Shown here piece after piece: positions 1-9,100 of a stretch of DNA of 64,000 nt (positions within the stretch are counted from its first letter, which is position 1; every line of letters starts with the position of its first letter). The stretch comes from Polyangiales bacterium (GTDB taxonomy: Bacteria; Myxococcota_A; Polyangia; Polyangiales; Polyangiaceae): positions 288,001 through 352,000 of the forward strand of contig JBBRLQ010000005.1 in assembly GCA_038231275.1 (NCBI GenBank), read 5' to 3'. The notes below the pieces were generated by a model. It was not told the origin of the DNA. It saw nothing but the letters and a program-made list of their open reading frames with translations, and did not search any database. The position numbers were made by a program, and so were the translations under genes.

Positions 1-662
1 ATGGCGCTGGCCACCGCACCTGCCTCGTGTGGCACCCGGATCTCTCGCGCGAGCTCGCCGTCGAGGTACGCCATCCGGAGCCGCTGGTTCTCTGCGGCGC
101 GGGCGAGTGGTGCTTCGTGGGTGCCTGGCAGCATCGTGAGCACCAGGCCCGCGCGCTTCTTGGCGAACGGCGCGGTCGCGAGGAGCTGCGTTTCGCCGCC
201 TGCAGCTGCGCACGCGCGCGCGACGATCTCTCCGGGAACGGCGAACGGGATGATCTTCACGGTGGCGACCATCGCGCCGATCTCGACGACGTCGTACGGC
301 GCCACAGTCGCCACGGTGATCGCTTCGTCCACGCCGTTCAGCGCGTCGAGCCGATCACGCGACACGACGAAGACGCCGCGCGTCGTCGCGAAGACGTTCG
401 CGCGACCGGTCGTCGCGGGCGCGACCGTGAGGTGCGGCCCCGCGATCACTTCTGCGACGCGCCGCGCGGCCTCGTCCTCGCCCAGATCTCCCGCGTCGAG
501 GCGTACGCCGGCGACGCGCGTGATCCCGGCGGCGACCAGCGCACGCGTGTCCTCTTCGGTCACGACGTGGCCCTTCTTGAGGACGAGACCTCCACCGACG
601 CGATGGCTGTGCGCGAGAATGGCGCCGGTCGCGTCCGGTGCCGCGAGCTCCTCGAACCTCAT
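1..662 (-). CDS. Molybdopterin-binding domain protein, probably the MocA-like (Moco cytidylyltransferase) fusion; truncated by the window edge
   Basis: Not in the ORF track. Read manually from ATG 662, which overlaps the xdhC stop (ATGA): MRFEELAAPDATGAILAHSHRVGGGLVLKKG...GEDEAA...TGRANVFA...LNGVDEAITVATV...VATVKIIPFAVP. This is the typical N-terminus of MoCF-binding/NTP-transferase fusions; the transferase half would lie outside the window. Confidence 0.75.
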   Translation of the reverse strand, partial: MRFEELAAPDATGAILAHSHRVGGGLVLKKGHVVTEEDTRALVAAGITRVAGVRLDAGDLGEDEAARRVAEVIAGPHLTVAPATTGRANVFATTRGVFVVSRDRLDALNGVDEAITVATVAPYDVVEIGAMVATVKIIPFAVPGEIVARACAAAGGETQLLATAPFAKKRAGLVLTMLPGTHEAPLARAAENQRLRMAYLDGELAREIRVPHEAGAVASA

Positions 663-1675
663 GAGGCCGCGGAGCTCGGTCCGCGCCGCAGCGCCTCCGT
701 CATCTGCGCCATGATCGAGACCGCGATCTCGGCGGGCGATCGCGCGCCGATCGCGAGCCCGACCGGGCCGCGGATCCGGGCGAGCGCATCTGGAGCGAAG
801 CCGCGCGCGGCGAGCCGGTGGAGGCGAGCGGCGTGCGTCTTGGTGCTGCCCAGCGCGCCGACGTAGAACGCCTCGCTGCGGAGCGCGGCCTCGAGCGCCG
901 GATCGTCGATCTTCGGATCGTGCGTAAGCGCGACGATCGCGGTCCGTCGGCCGATCGTCATCCCCCCGAGCACCTCGTCCGGCCAATCGGTGGCGACTGT
1001 GACGCCTGGCCAGCGCTCCTTGCGCGCGAACGCTTCGCGGGGGTCGATGAGTGTGACGGCGTAGCCGAGCAGCGATGCGATTCGGGAGAGCGGCTCGGCG
1101 ATGTGCACGGCGCCGACGATCACGAGCGCGAGCTTCGGGTTCACGGCGCGGACGAAGACGGTGCCTGCGGCCGTCTCCACGCTCATGGCGTCATCCGTCA
1201 GCAGCGCGCGCTCTGCGGCGGCGTGAAGCGAGGCGTCGAGAGAGGCGGCGCCGGGGCTCCACGTCGAAGAGGCGCGGCCGTCGAGCGGGGTCAGCACGGC
1301 GATCGCGCGCTGCGCCTCCTTCGCGGCGCGGATCGCTTCGAGCACGGCGCGATCGAGCACCGGCTCCACGAAGATGCGCACCGTGCCCCCGCACGCGAGT
1401 CCCACCTCCCAGGCCTGCTCGTTCGACACGCCGAACTCGAGCAGACGATGCGCGCGGGCGTCCATCGCCGCGTGGGCCGCCTCGACGACCTTCGCTTCGA
1501 CGCAGCCGCCCGACACCGAGCCGAAGAAGAGGCCATCGTCCCTCACCACGAGCTGCGCGCCACGCGGCCTTGGCGACGATCCCCACGTGTCCACCACGGT
1601 AGCCACTGCGACGCGCCGACCTTCGTCGAGCCACTCGAGCGCCTTGTCGATCGGGTCGTCGTCTCCCACGGCCAT
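659..1675 (-). CDS. xdhC: XdhC/CoxI family Moco-insertion chaperone
   Basis: ATVVDTWGSSPRPRGA, GSVSGGCVE, VGLACGG, IVGAVHIA, LTHDPKIDD, YVGALGS, GPVGLAIGARSPAEIAVSI. Start moved to ATG 1675. Confidence 0.93.
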   Translation of the reverse strand: MAVGDDDPIDKALEWLDEGRRVAVATVVDTWGSSPRPRGAQLVVRDDGLFFGSVSGGCVEAKVVEAAHAAMDARAHRLLEFGVSNEQAWEVGLACGGTVRIFVEPVLDRAVLEAIRAAKEAQRAIAVLTPLDGRASSTWSPGAASLDASLHAAAERALLTDDAMSVETAAGTVFVRAVNPKLALVIVGAVHIAEPLSRIASLLGYAVTLIDPREAFARKERWPGVTVATDWPDEVLGGMTIGRRTAIVALTHDPKIDDPALEAALRSEAFYVGALGSTKTHAARLHRLAARGFAPDALARIRGPVGLAIGARSPAEIAVSIMAQMTEALRRGPSSAAS

Positions 1676-1733
1676 CGTGCGGGAAAGGTAAGGCACCGCG
1701 TGACCCTTGCAAAGCGCGTACACTGTCGGCGCC

Positions 1734-2975
1734 GTGGCCGCCTCCGCCCTCCTTCATCAGGACGTGCTCGAGCTTCGTCGGGAATTTCCCGCGTTTTCGA
1801 AGCCGGTTCACGGCACGCCGCTCGTGTACCTCGACAGCGCGAGCACCTCGCAGAAGCCGCGCGCCGTGATCGACACCCTTACCCGCGCGACCGAGTCGAG
1901 CGCGAACATCCACCGCGGCGTGCACGTCCTCAGCGTCGAGGCCACCGCGGCGTACGAAGGGGTCCGCACGAAGGCCGCCGCGCTCCTGGGGGCCGCGCGC
2001 CCGCAGGAGATCGTCTTCGTCCGCGGGACCACCGAGGCCATCAACCTCGTCGCGCAGACATACGGCCGGAAGAACGTCGGCCTCGGCGACGAGATCGTGG
2101 TCACCGAGCTCGAGCACCATTCCAACATCGTTCCCTGGCAGATGCTCTGTCACGAGAGGGGCGCGCACCTTCGCGTCTTGCCGATCGACGCGCGCGGCGA
2201 GGTCGCCCTCGATCGCTTGGACGAGCTCCTCGGCGCGCGCACGCGCATCGTCGCGATCGCGCACGTCTCCAACAGCCTCGGCACCGTCCTTCCCGTGGCC
2301 GAGATCGCTCGTCGAGCGAGGGCGGCGGGGGCCGTTACGGTCGTCGACGGGGCGCAGGCCGTCGCTCACCTCCCGGTCGACGTCGGCGCGCTGGGCTGCG
2401 ACTTTTACGCGTTCTCCGGCCACAAGCTCTACGGCCCGACGGGCAGCGGCGTCTTGTGGGGGCGCGGCGCGCTGCTCGAGGCGATGCCGCCGTGGCAAGG
2501 CGGAGGGGACATGATCCGCTCGGTGACCTTCGCCGAAACGACGTACGCCGACGTCCCGCACCGCTTCGAGGCAGGCACACCGGACATCGCGGCCGTGATC
2601 GGCCTGGGCGCCGCGATCGATTGGATCCGCGCGATCGGCATCGATCGGATCGCCGCTCGTGAAGCGGAGATGCTTGCGTACGTTACGCGCGTCGTGTTGG
2701 GCGTGGCGGACGTCCGACTCGTCGGCACCGCGCGCGACAAGCGCGCGATCGTCTCGTTCAACGTGGGGGACCTCCACCCGCACGACGTCGGCAGCGCGCT
2801 CGATCTCGACGGCATCGCCGTTCGCACGGGGCACCACTGCACGCAGCCGGTGATGGACCACTTCGGCATCGACGCCACGGTCCGCGCCTCGCTGGGGATT
2901 TACACGACCGAGGAGGAGCTCGACGCTCTCGGCGCCGGACTGGTCCGTGCGCGCGCGCTCCTGGGGTCGAGGTGA
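1734..2975 (+). CDS. sufS: Cysteine desulfurase, SufS (group II) type
   Basis: YLDSASTSQKP, EHHSNIVPWQ, PLP lysine in FSGHKLYGPTG, catalytic RTGHHC. Start uncertain (TTG 1707 or GTG 1734). Confidence 0.93.
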   Translation: MAASALLHQDVLELRREFPAFSKPVHGTPLVYLDSASTSQKPRAVIDTLTRATESSANIHRGVHVLSVEATAAYEGVRTKAAALLGAARPQEIVFVRGTTEAINLVAQTYGRKNVGLGDEIVVTELEHHSNIVPWQMLCHERGAHLRVLPIDARGEVALDRLDELLGARTRIVAIAHVSNSLGTVLPVAEIARRARAAGAVTVVDGAQAVAHLPVDVGALGCDFYAFSGHKLYGPTGSGVLWGRGALLEAMPPWQGGGDMIRSVTFAETTYADVPHRFEAGTPDIAAVIGLGAAIDWIRAIGIDRIAAREAEMLAYVTRVVLGVADVRLVGTARDKRAIVSFNVGDLHPHDVGSALDLDGIAVRTGHHCTQPVMDHFGIDATVRASLGIYTTEEELDALGAGLVRARALLGSR

Positions 2976-2979
2976 CCGG

Positions 2980-3441
2980 GTGACGGCGCGGGACGACAAG
3001 GCGCGGCACCTCGAGACCCTCGCGCGGCACGCCAACGCGTCGGGAAACGAAGGGCCGCTCCCTGGAGCGACGCACGAATCGACAGAGAAGAACCCCCTGT
3101 GTGGCGATCGCGTCACCGTGCGCCTGCGTGTGGAGGGCGGCGTCATTCGCGAAGCGCGCTTCGAGGCGCGCGGATGCATGATCGCGCGTGCGTCGTCTTC
3201 GCTCATGACGGCGAACATCGTCGGGCGTGGGATCGACGAGGCGCTCCTGCTCGTCGGCACGCTCGACGCGCTCGTCGGCGACGATCCGCCCCCCGTCGAT
3301 GTCGGAGCTCTCGAGCCACTCCGGGGTGCGCGGGATTTCCAGGCTCGGCGCGGTTGTGTGACGCTGCCATGGCGCGCGCTCGAGGCCGCGCTCGGACGGC
3401 CGAGCGGACCTGGCAAGGGTGAAGCTCTGCGGTATAGATAG
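2980..3441 (+). CDS. sufU: SufU-like sulfur-transfer protein (NifU_N fold)
   Basis: NPLCGD, ARGCMIARASSS and RRGCVTLPW give the three conserved Cys plus Asp; lies 4 bp after sufS. Confidence 0.88.
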   Translation: MTARDDKARHLETLARHANASGNEGPLPGATHESTEKNPLCGDRVTVRLRVEGGVIREARFEARGCMIARASSSLMTANIVGRGIDEALLLVGTLDALVGDDPPPVDVGALEPLRGARDFQARRGCVTLPWRALEAALGRPSGPGKGEALRYR

Positions 3442-3445
3442 GTCT

Positions 3446-4276
3446 GTGGGCGAGCCCGAAGAGGAAGCAAACGCACACGCGCTGTACCACAAGGGAGCGG
3501 CGGCGTGGCCGGAGCTCTCGCTCACGGAATCGGCGTTCGTTTCGCATCTTCGCGCGCTCTCGGGCGCACGCAATCCCGGGTTGCGCGTGCCGCGTCACCC
3601 GGGCGACCTCTATCTCGCGTGTGCGTGCGCGCAGGGCATGGTTCCCGCGCTGCGCGCATTCGAAGCGTGCGTCGGACCCGAGATCGACGCGAGCCTTCGC
3701 CGTTTCGCCTCGGATCCCGACACACGCGGGGAGCTGCGCCAACGCGTGCGCGCCTTGCTGTTCGCACATCCCGGCGGCGGCAAGATCGCGAAGTATGCGG
3801 GTACGAGCCCACTCGCATACTGGGCGAGGCTCGTCGCGATTCGGACGGCGCGAAACTATTTCCGCAGCGGAGGCGACCGAGGACCGATCTCCGATCGCAT
3901 GGTAGAGGCCGATGCGATCGCCGCGCGCGACGTGGAGGGAGCGGTGATGAAGGCCGAGCTGCTCCCCCTCTTCAAGTCCGCCTTCGCGACAGCGTGGGGG
4001 GCGCTCGAGCCGCGCGAGCGGACGCTTCTCCGCTGGTCGATCGTCGACGGCCTCTCGATCGACGCCCTCGCGCAGCTCCTTCACGTGCATCGCGCGACGG
4101 CGGCGCGGCGTGTCGCCATCGTTCGCGAACGCCTGTCGACGCTCACGCGCGAACAAATCCGGATGTGCGCCGGATTCTCGCAAGAAGAATACGAGAGCGC
4201 GCTCCATCTGATCGAGAGTCAACTGGAGGTCAGCGTGAGTCGAATCTTCGGCGGCGGCGAAGCCGATGCCGGCTGA
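3446..4276 (+). CDS. Myxococcales-family sigma-70 (ECF-like) factor
   Basis: DLYLACACAQG...ALRAFE, KIAKYAGTSPLAYWARLVAIR, region-4 HTH LSIDALAQLLHVHRATAARR; overlaps the downstream kinase start; paralog of 52020-52907. Confidence 0.82.
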   Translation: MGEPEEEANAHALYHKGAAAWPELSLTESAFVSHLRALSGARNPGLRVPRHPGDLYLACACAQGMVPALRAFEACVGPEIDASLRRFASDPDTRGELRQRVRALLFAHPGGGKIAKYAGTSPLAYWARLVAIRTARNYFRSGGDRGPISDRMVEADAIAARDVEGAVMKAELLPLFKSAFATAWGALEPRERTLLRWSIVDGLSIDALAQLLHVHRATAARRVAIVRERLSTLTREQIRMCAGFSQEEYESALHLIESQLEVSVSRIFGGGEADAG

Positions 4277-7004
4277 AGGAGACGCGCGAGAGGACTGCCC
4301 GAGCGAAAACGCGCTTACCGCGATCGTGAGCTCGCGCGCATCGGCCGCCGACGCGGAACGAGTCTTCGCGCACCTCGACGTATGCTCCGATTGCCGCCGG
4401 CTCGCCGCGGACATGGCGCGCCTCTCGCGGATCGGTGACGCGTCGGGTGCGGTCGCCGGCGCCGTCGGAGCGACCACCCCTGCGCTTCACGCCGGCGACG
4501 TCGTTGGGCGCTACGTCGTCCTCCAGCGCGTGGGGGAAGGAGGCATGGGCGTCGTGTACGCGGCGTACGATCCTGAGCTCGATCGCAAGGTCGCACTGAA
4601 GATCGTGCGACCCGGGAAGAAACTGCCGAAGGAGCTCGACCCGGCACGCGAAGCGCGGACGCTGGCGCGTGTGTCGCACCCGAACGTCGTCGCAGTTTAC
4701 GACGTTGGCCTCTACGACGACAGACTCTACGTCGTGATGCAGTTCGTTGCAGGCGTCACGCTCCGACGGTGGTTGGAAGATCAGCCGCGCGCGACGAGCG
4801 AGGTCCTCGGGGTGCTGCGCGACGCAGGTACGGGGCTCGCTGCGGCTCATCGCGCGCAAATCGTTCACCGCGACGTGAAGCCGGAGAACGTCATGATCGA
4901 CGCCGATGGGCGGGCGCGCGTCGCGGATTTTGGATTGGCGCAAGACGTCGCTCCCGAAGGCGATGCCACGCCGAGCGCGATCGCCGGCACGCGGCGCTAC
5001 ATGTCTCCGGAGCAGCGCAAAGGCGACGCGCTCGATGCGCGCACCGATCAGTTCTCGTTCGCCGTGATGGCGCGCGAAGTGCTCGGCGAGCGCGTGCTCC
5101 CGCGGACGCTCGCTGCCGCGCTTTACCGCGCCGCCGCGCAGGACCCCGACCAACGCTTCGAATCGATGGAGGCGCTGCTTGCCGCGATCACCCCACCGGC
5201 GCCGCGCGTCACCCCGCGAGCCGCCGCTCTCGTCGTCGCGGTCGTCGTGATCGCCTCGGTCGTCGTCGCGCTCTTCGAGCAACGGCGCTCCGCGGCGCTC
5301 GCCGTTTGCAGCGGCGCGGACGCGAAGCTCACCGGGACCTGGAGCGCCGAGCGGCGCGACGCCGTTGCCCGTGCATTCGCGGCAGCCAACGTCGCCTACG
5401 GCGAGGATTCCTGGCGAACGGTTCAGGGCATGCTCGACGCGCAGGCCGCGGCGTGGACGCAGGCGTACACGGCGTCATGCAAGGCGACGCGCATTCAAAA
5501 AGTGCAGTCCGAGACGGTGATGGACCAGCAGATGGCGTGCCTCGAGAGCCGCCGCCTGGAGCTCGCGGCCCTGGTGAGCGAGCTCGCGCATCCTACCGAG
5601 GCGACCATCGCGGGGTCCGTGAGCGCGGCAGGGGCGCTGGCGACCGTCGCGAGCTGCAGCGATCCACGCACGATGCGCGCCCGTCGTCGCTACCTCGACC
5701 CCGACGTCGACGCCAAGGCCGGTGCCCTCGAGGCGCAGGTCATGACGGCCAAGGTCAAGCAGGCCGTCGGCGACTTCGCGGGAGCGCTCATGGTCGCGAA
5801 CGCAGCGACGGCGACCGCGCGAGAGCTCGGGGAGCGGCGGCTGGCGGCGCAGTCGATCCTCGTCACGGCGGAGGTCGAGTTTCGCCGCGGCAGCCTCGCC
5901 GTCGCCAAGGCATCCGCGCAGGAGGCGGTGTGGATCGCCGAGGCAAACGCCGACGACGATCTCGTCGCCGAAGCGTGGTTGAGCCTCTATGGCATCGCGC
6001 TGCACGGTTCTTCCGCCGCCGAGGTAGCGGCCAGCGAGCGGCACTCCAAGGCAACGCTCGAGCGCCTCGGTGCGCCGCCCAAAGAGCGCGCGTACCTCTC
6101 GTGCTTGAGAGGCCAGCAGGCCTTCCTGACCGCCGACTATGGGCTCGCGACGACGAGTGCACACGACGGACTGCAAATCTTGACGGCGCTGGCCGACGAC
6201 ACACGCAGGGAAACGGCGCTCTGCGAGTCCGTCCTCGGCTGGACGACGTCGAGGCAAGAGTTGCCCGAGGACGCGCGCCGCCACTTCAGCGCTGCGCTCG
6301 CCGCCATCGAGTCGCTCAACGGGCCCAAGCACCCTGTCTTTGGGGACCTCGTGTATGCCCTCGCCACCGTCGACGCGGATCTGGGCGACCTCCCCGCTGC
6401 GCGCGCCGGTGCGAGACGCGCGGCAGCGGTCTACCAGGCGGCCGGCGCATACAAGGGAAACAAGGTCCTCTGCGTCGAGAACCTCCGCGCGTTCGTCGAG
6501 TCACGCGCCGGCGACGTCGACGAGGCCGTGGTTCACGCGTCGGCGGCGCTCGAGCGCACGCGCGCAGACCTCGGCGATTCCAACGATACGGTCGTGGCCT
6601 ACTGGAATTTCGGTGACCTCCTCGTGCGAGGGCGGCGCCGTTACACGGAGGCGCGTGACGCCTTCAACTCCGGGCTCGCGATGATGGACCGCATGGGCAT
6701 GGACAATCCCGAGTACCGGGTGGGGATGCAAGCGGGTCTGGGCCGAATCGACGTCGAGACGGCACGACCGGCGCAGGCGCTTGCGCGGCTGGAGGCCGCG
6801 GTTGCGCGCTACGAAAAAGGAGACCTACTCCCGAGCCGTCGCGCGCTGGCGCGCCTCGCGCTGGCACGCGCGCTCGCGGCATTGCACGAGAACGCGCGCG
6901 TGCATGGGCTCGTGAGTGGAGTCCGTGAAACGCTCGAGAAGGGCCAGGAGATGTACCGTGCCGATCTCGACGCGCTCGACGCGATCCTCGCCGGCTCCAA
7001 GTAG
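4266..7004 (+). CDS. Membrane Ser/Thr protein kinase with N-terminal zf-HC2-like motif and C-terminal TPR-like region
   Basis: GEGGMGVVY, VALK, HRDVKPEN, DFG, YMSPE; N-terminal C-x24-HLDVCSDC; hydrophobic AAALVVAVVVIASVVVALF; helical repeats after it. Confidence 0.92.
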   Translation: MPAEGDAREDCPSENALTAIVSSRASAADAERVFAHLDVCSDCRRLAADMARLSRIGDASGAVAGAVGATTPALHAGDVVGRYVVLQRVGEGGMGVVYAAYDPELDRKVALKIVRPGKKLPKELDPAREARTLARVSHPNVVAVYDVGLYDDRLYVVMQFVAGVTLRRWLEDQPRATSEVLGVLRDAGTGLAAAHRAQIVHRDVKPENVMIDADGRARVADFGLAQDVAPEGDATPSAIAGTRRYMSPEQRKGDALDARTDQFSFAVMAREVLGERVLPRTLAAALYRAAAQDPDQRFESMEALLAAITPPAPRVTPRAAALVVAVVVIASVVVALFEQRRSAALAVCSGADAKLTGTWSAERRDAVARAFAAANVAYGEDSWRTVQGMLDAQAAAWTQAYTASCKATRIQKVQSETVMDQQMACLESRRLELAALVSELAHPTEATIAGSVSAAGALATVASCSDPRTMRARRRYLDPDVDAKAGALEAQVMTAKVKQAVGDFAGALMVANAATATARELGERRLAAQSILVTAEVEFRRGSLAVAKASAQEAVWIAEANADDDLVAEAWLSLYGIALHGSSAAEVAASERHSKATLERLGAPPKERAYLSCLRGQQAFLTADYGLATTSAHDGLQILTALADDTRRETALCESVLGWTTSRQELPEDARRHFSAALAAIESLNGPKHPVFGDLVYALATVDADLGDLPAARAGARRAAAVYQAAGAYKGNKVLCVENLRAFVESRAGDVDEAVVHASAALERTRADLGDSNDTVVAYWNFGDLLVRGRRRYTEARDAFNSGLAMMDRMGMDNPEYRVGMQAGLGRIDVETARPAQALARLEAAVARYEKGDLLPSRRALARLALARALAALHENARVHGLVSGVRETLEKGQEMYRADLDALDAILAGSK

Positions 7005-7033
7005 CGAACCGGCGAGGCCACCTCCACCCCGCA

Positions 7034-7465
7034 TCAGCAGGAGTTGCAGCTCGTGGGCAGCGCGGGGGCTCCACCGAGCACGAGCCCCACGCAATTGACC
7101 GTCTTCATGTCGTTCAGGCACGTGTTGACTTGAGCCTGCGAGCACGCGCTGACTTTGCCGTTGGCGGACGCCGGCGCGGGGTTCGCCGTGACGCACTGGC
7201 TCACCCCGTTCGGGAACGCGGTCGAGAAGGCGCCGGCGCCGCCGGTGCCGGCGTCCGGATCGCCGGCATCGCTGCTGCCCGTGTCGGGGAAGCACGCCTG
7301 CAAGCGTGAGCAATACGCGTTCATGAACTGATTCCACGTGTCCGTCGCGCTCGGATTGGAGGAGCAGCCGACTGCGATCGTGACGGCGGCTGCGACGAGA
7401 GATGTCGTGAAGACAGTGCGAGAGACTCTGGTCTTCGATGCGCGGCTAGGAAGCTGAAAATTCAT
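7034..7465 (-). CDS. Small Cys-rich lipoprotein
   Basis: ATG 7465 with AAGGA upstream; signal ...TSLVAAAVTIAVGC; paired Cys (YCSRLQAC, ACSQAQVNTC, SCNSC). The upstream part of the 383-aa track ORF looks non-coding. Confidence 0.75.
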   Translation of the reverse strand: MNFQLPSRASKTRVSRTVFTTSLVAAAVTIAVGCSSNPSATDTWNQFMNAYCSRLQACFPDTGSSDAGDPDAGTGGAGAFSTAFPNGVSQCVTANPAPASANGKVSACSQAQVNTCLNDMKTVNCVGLVLGGAPALPTSCNSC

Positions 7466-7683
7466 GGGAGAAGTCCTTGTCAGAAGGGCACCCACGGCGT
7501 CAGGCCGTGAGTGCCGGAAGGTGGGGTCTGGTTTTTCTCGCGACGCCCGTGCAGGCGAACCGCCGCCGGAGAGCTCGCGCGCCGAAGCGCGCTCCGCGTG
7601 GCCAGGCGAATGCGCCCTCACGAGGAAGCCACGCGAAGCCGGCGACCGAGCCTCCGGCGGCGGCCCGCCGGCGCGCGCAGCAG

Positions 7684-8070
7684 CTAGCGGTACACTACGC
7701 AGGTCGCGCGGTAGCCTTTCAGTGTGTCGGTGCTTCCGTTTCCGTCGTAAGTCGATCCCACGACGGCGTTGTTCTGACCGTTCACGATGAGGGCGTCGCA
7801 GCCACGATCTCCCGCCTCCTTTCGGAGCTTGGTCATGATCGCGTTCGTGTTGTCGACGCTGTAGACGCTCGATTGCTGCGCTTCGAGCACCGCCACCTCT
7901 ACGAAGGCCTTGGTCGGCTTGCTGGCGTTGAACACTTCGACCTGCTCGGGGGCGCGCGCCACCATCGGGCGAGGCGGCGTGTTCGTCGGCGAATAGTCGA
8001 CCTTCGTACCGCACGCTGCAGCGAGCAAGGTCAAAAAGAAGATGGGGGATCTCTGTAGAACGGGGTTCAT
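7684..8070 (-). CDS. Lipoprotein, YbjQ/heavy-metal-binding-like small fold
   Basis: GAGGA RBS; MNPVLQRSPIFFLTLLAAAC lipobox; KPTKAFVEVAVLE...LRKEAGDRGCDALIV pattern. Confidence 0.75.
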   Translation of the reverse strand: MNPVLQRSPIFFLTLLAAACGTKVDYSPTNTPPRPMVARAPEQVEVFNASKPTKAFVEVAVLEAQQSSVYSVDNTNAIMTKLRKEAGDRGCDALIVNGQNNAVVGSTYDGNGSTDTLKGYRATCVVYR

Positions 8071-8226
8071 GGGGTCCTCGCGGCTGGATGGGGCCGTGCG
8101 GCCCTTCGAGACCACTCGAAATGGGCGAGCTCACGGCCAAGACGATGGAACGCGCGCTCCGCGATGCCACCGTCCACGCCGACAAACACGGCGTGCGCGC
8201 CGATGTCGCGCCACGCGTCGTCTTTT

Positions 8227-9084
8227 TTATCGCCCGCCAGGGCTAGAGCGGCGCCACGCGATCAGCTCCGCAGCAATCGACGCGGCGATTTCGTCCGGGA
8301 GGCGCGCGCCGATGTCGACGCCGATCGGCATCCGAACACGCGCGACGTCGGCCTCCGCGAAGCCCTTTGCCGTGAGGCGATCGCGGGTGCGCTGCGCCTT
8401 CGCGCGACTGCCGACGCCGCCGACGTACGCGAATCCCCGGCGGATGCCCCACTCGATCGCGCGCTGATCGAGCGCGTGGTCGTGTGTCATGACGAGGAAG
8501 ACCGAGGCCTTCGGGAACGCGGCGCCGACCTCGTCGTACTCGCCGATCTCGCACCTGACCCCGTCGATTCGCCCTTCTTTTCCCCACGCGTCGCGTGCGT
8601 CGACGACGGTGACGGCGAAGCCGACGCGCGCGAGGAGGGGTGCCGCCGCCGTCGCGACGTGACCGCCGCCGACGATCAAGCACGGCACGAGCCCCGCGAT
8701 CGGCTCGAGCAGGGCCACGACGCGACCGCCGCAGCACATGCCGAGCTCGGCCCCGAGCTTGAACGTGCGAAGCTCGTGCGCGCCCTCGCCGGTCGCGGCC
8801 ATCTTGGACAGCGCTTCGAGGATCTCGCGCTCGACCGCGCCGCCGCCGACGGTGCCGACGCACGATCCGTCGGCGCCGATCCAGATCTTCTGACCTGGCG
8901 TCGACGGCGCGGAGCCGTGACGTTCGAGGATCGTGGCCATCGCGCCGGCGATCCCGCGGACCGTGCGATCTGCCGCGACCGCGAGCACGCGCGCCGGAAG
9001 CGCCGGCTCTGGAACGAGCAGAGCGGGTTCCCCTCGCGCGCTCTCCAGGAGCGGGGCGACGTGGAGGTTGACGATCTTCGCCAT
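8227..9084 (-). CDS. xdhC: Second XdhC-family accessory protein
   Basis: HGSAPSTPGQK, GTVGGGAVE, LGMCCGG, IVGGGHVA, MTHDHALD, YVGGVGSRAK, RMPIG...PDEIAASIAAELI. Confidence 0.9.
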   Translation of the reverse strand: MAKIVNLHVAPLLESARGEPALLVPEPALPARVLAVAADRTVRGIAGAMATILERHGSAPSTPGQKIWIGADGSCVGTVGGGAVEREILEALSKMAATGEGAHELRTFKLGAELGMCCGGRVVALLEPIAGLVPCLIVGGGHVATAAAPLLARVGFAVTVVDARDAWGKEGRIDGVRCEIGEYDEVGAAFPKASVFLVMTHDHALDQRAIEWGIRRGFAYVGGVGSRAKAQRTRDRLTAKGFAEADVARVRMPIGVDIGARLPDEIAASIAAELIAWRRSSPGGR

Positions 9085-9100
9085 TGCCGGACCCTCGGGG

